Origin: Verrucomicrobiota bacterium
Lineage (GTDB): Bacteria; Verrucomicrobiota; Verrucomicrobiia; Limisphaerales; AAA164-E04
NCBI GenBank assembly: GCA_047947115.1
Contig: CP170459.1
Coordinates: forward strand, 704,001 to 768,000
Reading direction: 5' to 3'
Length of the DNA stretch: 64,000 nucleotides
Part shown: positions 61,659-64,000 of the stretch, piece by piece
Position numbering within the stretch: the first letter of the stretch is position 1
Layout: each line of letters starts with the position of its first letter
Notes under the pieces: generated by a model
The model's input: only the letters and a program-made list of their open reading frames with translations
Databases searched by the model: none
Told to the model about the DNA's origin: nothing
Position numbers and translations under genes: made by a program

Positions 61659-63454
61659 GATTGGATTTGACGGATATCATGTGTCAACGCATTCGAAACC
61701 TCGCAGATGACGGGTCCGGTTTCAAGATCCACCCCCACATAAACATCTGAATCAGGCGTCGATCTCCCGGTCAAAATACGTTTACTCGCCGACACCTCAC
61801 CTCGCCTGAAATGTACCGTGATCTGCAATCGATCACCCTCAGGATCAAGACCGAACTGTTCATAACGAACATCCCCTGCCTCCACCCAATCTTCGGCGTG
61901 TGGTTGGGACAACTTCTCGAGCACCTGGGGCATGTAACGCTTTTCCAAATCATCCAACGGGTCGCCATCCAGCATCCATACACCGTTCAAGGCCTGCTTG
62001 AACTCTGCTTTGACACCCTTTTCCAAGATATCGATGCCGACAATTTCCTCAACCGGGACAGACCATAGTTTGCGTTCTCTCAGCTCAATGGCGTGCTCCG
62101 GAATTTCGATCAACAAACTGGCTGGCAATTCATACAACGTGGATTCATCCGTCCGCTGGGCATACATCGCACCACCAAAAGCACGACTGAACTTGATCCC
62201 AAGTGTGTTGGTTTTCTCGGATCCGTGCATGGTGGCCAATTCAATGTCGAACGACCCGACAGCAAAAATGTTCTCCAGTTGTTCTTTGCTGACGTCATCA
62301 TGAAAAACCTTGGCAGTGATATTGACAAGGTTCTGGTGCAATCGCCCCACCAACTCGGCATCGGTCGGAATGGAAACCGGTTCGATAATATGCCAGGCAG
62401 CATCCTCAGGATCCCAGGACAAGGTGAAAGGTTCATCTCGTTTCAGTAAAATACGATTGCTCGTAAAACCCGGATCGATCAGGAACGCATCCCGAAAAGC
62501 GGCGATGGGTTGGTTCAATTGATCACTGAATACTCGCTCCGGAGCCAACAACACCGAATCACGACCTTGAGACATGGTATAACGTAACCCAGGCTTGTCG
62601 GGCACATTGAAACCAAAGGATACACGGAAAACTTCCTGCTGTTCCGACTTCAGCACCAGTTCCAGCACCGGATCTTCCAGCCCCATCCATTGCAAATCCT
62701 CGTCAGATTCAAGCGCGACAAACCCCTGCGTTTCCCAGGTGGGCAGACTTTGCTTCAACAAGGTTTCAATCCGCACAAGATTGGCCCGGGTTCCCTTAAG
62801 ATTCTCCGGAGCTTCCAACAACCAACGACCACCCTCAACGGGACGACTCATGATGACGGGACCTTCGGATTGAAGGATCTCGATTCGATCCACCTTGTCC
62901 AATTGAGCCCCCACAATGCGCGTGTCACGCCAGGCGTCCGCAGCGTCCGGAAGGGCATCCATCCACCCGGCATCCACCACCCATGCCTCGGCTTGATCAT
63001 CAACCCTCATGTAAATCTGATCTCCGACCGACTCGCGTTCCCCAAAACGAACGGTAACTTCCCGATCCCCCGCCCCAACGATCACGCTCATCTGAGCCGG
63101 TTCCAGCCCAAAGGCCGACCATCCCCCTTCTCGCGAAATGATCTCGGGTTCAAGAATGGCTTTGGGCTTGAGACGGGTAATGGACTCGATCAATCCGGCC
63201 ACCAAGGTCGGATGCGCCACATCAGAAAGAGGCTCAATCATGCGCCATCTTGTACCTTCTTTTTGAAATTCCAATTGAGCTTCCTTGCCCTGAACGCGAA
63301 CGAATTCCCAAGTACCCAACTGGGAAACCGGTAAAAGGGTTCGATCCGCTCTGATCTCACCGGAGGATCTTTGCCATGGCGCATCGAACAATACCACGAT
63401 CCCGGTCAGTACCAGGGAAGTGATCCATAATAACATGGTTTGCTTGCGAATCAT
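61631..63454 (-). CDS. DUF4340 repeat protein
   Basis: N-terminal TM; repeated W.M.EP...A and FGL..P motifs; follows a GldG-like gene. Confidence 0.78.
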   Translation of the reverse strand: MIRKQTMLLWITSLVLTGIVVLFDAPWQRSSGEIRADRTLLPVSQLGTWEFVRVQGKEAQLEFQKEGTRWRMIEPLSDVAHPTLVAGLIESITRLKPKAILEPEIISREGGWSAFGLEPAQMSVIVGAGDREVTVRFGERESVGDQIYMRVDDQAEAWVVDAGWMDALPDAADAWRDTRIVGAQLDKVDRIEILQSEGPVIMSRPVEGGRWLLEAPENLKGTRANLVRIETLLKQSLPTWETQGFVALESDEDLQWMGLEDPVLELVLKSEQQEVFRVSFGFNVPDKPGLRYTMSQGRDSVLLAPERVFSDQLNQPIAAFRDAFLIDPGFTSNRILLKRDEPFTLSWDPEDAAWHIIEPVSIPTDAELVGRLHQNLVNITAKVFHDDVSKEQLENIFAVGSFDIELATMHGSEKTNTLGIKFSRAFGGAMYAQRTDESTLYELPASLLIEIPEHAIELRERKLWSVPVEEIVGIDILEKGVKAEFKQALNGVWMLDGDPLDDLEKRYMPQVLEKLSQPHAEDWVEAGDVRYEQFGLDPEGDRLQITVHFRRGEVSASKRILTGRSTPDSDVYVGVDLETGPVICEVSNALTHDIRQIQSWKTSSEAK

Positions 63455-63505
63455 GATTGCCTGCGTCTCATCAATCTCACTTTCTCATCCATTCATCCCT
63501 CGTCG

Positions 63506-64000
63506 TCAATACCGACGTTTCAACCAAACCAAAAATCCAATCCCAAATACTCCCAACGGCAATATCGCCAACATAAACCACTGTAACTGCCGAAGCTCTT
63601 TCGCAGGAATATCCATACGAAACTCCGTCAAGGCACGCGGACCAATCCCACCCAACAGGGTATCACGTTCCAACAGCCAACTCATCGCCAACCCGGCTAA
63701 ATCCCGGTTTCCCACTTTCTGCAGATGCACATTGCTGAAACACTGCGAATCCCCCAGCACAATCATGCGCGAAGGAACCTGATTCAACCCGCTCTCCTCC
63801 GATGGCCTGGCTTCCAAACTCGCCATAAGGGGAATTTCCTGGTGAAAAGCGTCCGACCGGGCATCGAATAAAAACTCTCCATTTGAAAAGATGGATTTGC
63901 TCACACCATTGGTGGTCGTCACTGCGAGAAGATCAATATCCACATCGAACGTTTCCATGCGCTTGTTCATCGGCTGTAACGACCGTGGAAGGGACATGAC
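63506..64000 (-). CDS. GldG-like ABC-type auxiliary component, C-terminal part (5' end outside the window)
   Basis: RMIVLGDSQCFSN...GNRDL...SWL, C-terminal TM ending WLKRRY. Confidence 0.78.
   Translation of the reverse strand, partial: VMSLPRSLQPMNKRMETFDVDIDLLAVTTTNGVSKSIFSNGEFLFDARSDAFHQEIPLMASLEARPSEESGLNQVPSRMIVLGDSQCFSNVHLQKVGNRDLAGLAMSWLLERDTLLGGIGPRALTEFRMDIPAKELRQLQWFMLAILPLGVFGIGFLVWLKRRY

Overview
Bacterial chromosomal window. The repertoire (sulfatases, PQQ-like beta-propellers, ThuA/DUF1080, BlaI-M56, kdsA-lptA-lptB-hprK-ptsH, dnaB-bamA-skp) suggests a PVC-group organism, probably Verrucomicrobiota; this is inference. Most of it is housekeeping, with three accessory zones. (1) 1-4.6 kb: an rtcB/rtcR RNA-repair locus hit twice, by an IS4-like element with an 8-bp target duplication at the predicted sigma54 start site of rtcB and by an amber codon at a conserved Trp of rtcR. 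It is followed by an orphan Hcp (T6SS tube-fold) gene that unusually carries a Sec signal peptide. (2) 31.8-38.3 kb: a chromosomal integron (intI, attI, four cassettes, homogeneous 126-bp attC sites) whose distal end is cut by an ISNCY-type element inserted inside an attC and by an internally deleted IS66. Two of the four cassettes carry reciprocal non-canonical core sites (ACC...GGT instead of the normally invariant AAC...GTT), and one encodes a stand-alone EF-Tu domain III. This is the most novel-looking system in the window. (3) Scattered toxin-antitoxin modules in which both ParE-type toxins are broken while their antitoxins are intact. I recognised no rRNA, tRNA or CRISPR array. All family calls come from motif recognition by eye; no database searches were run.
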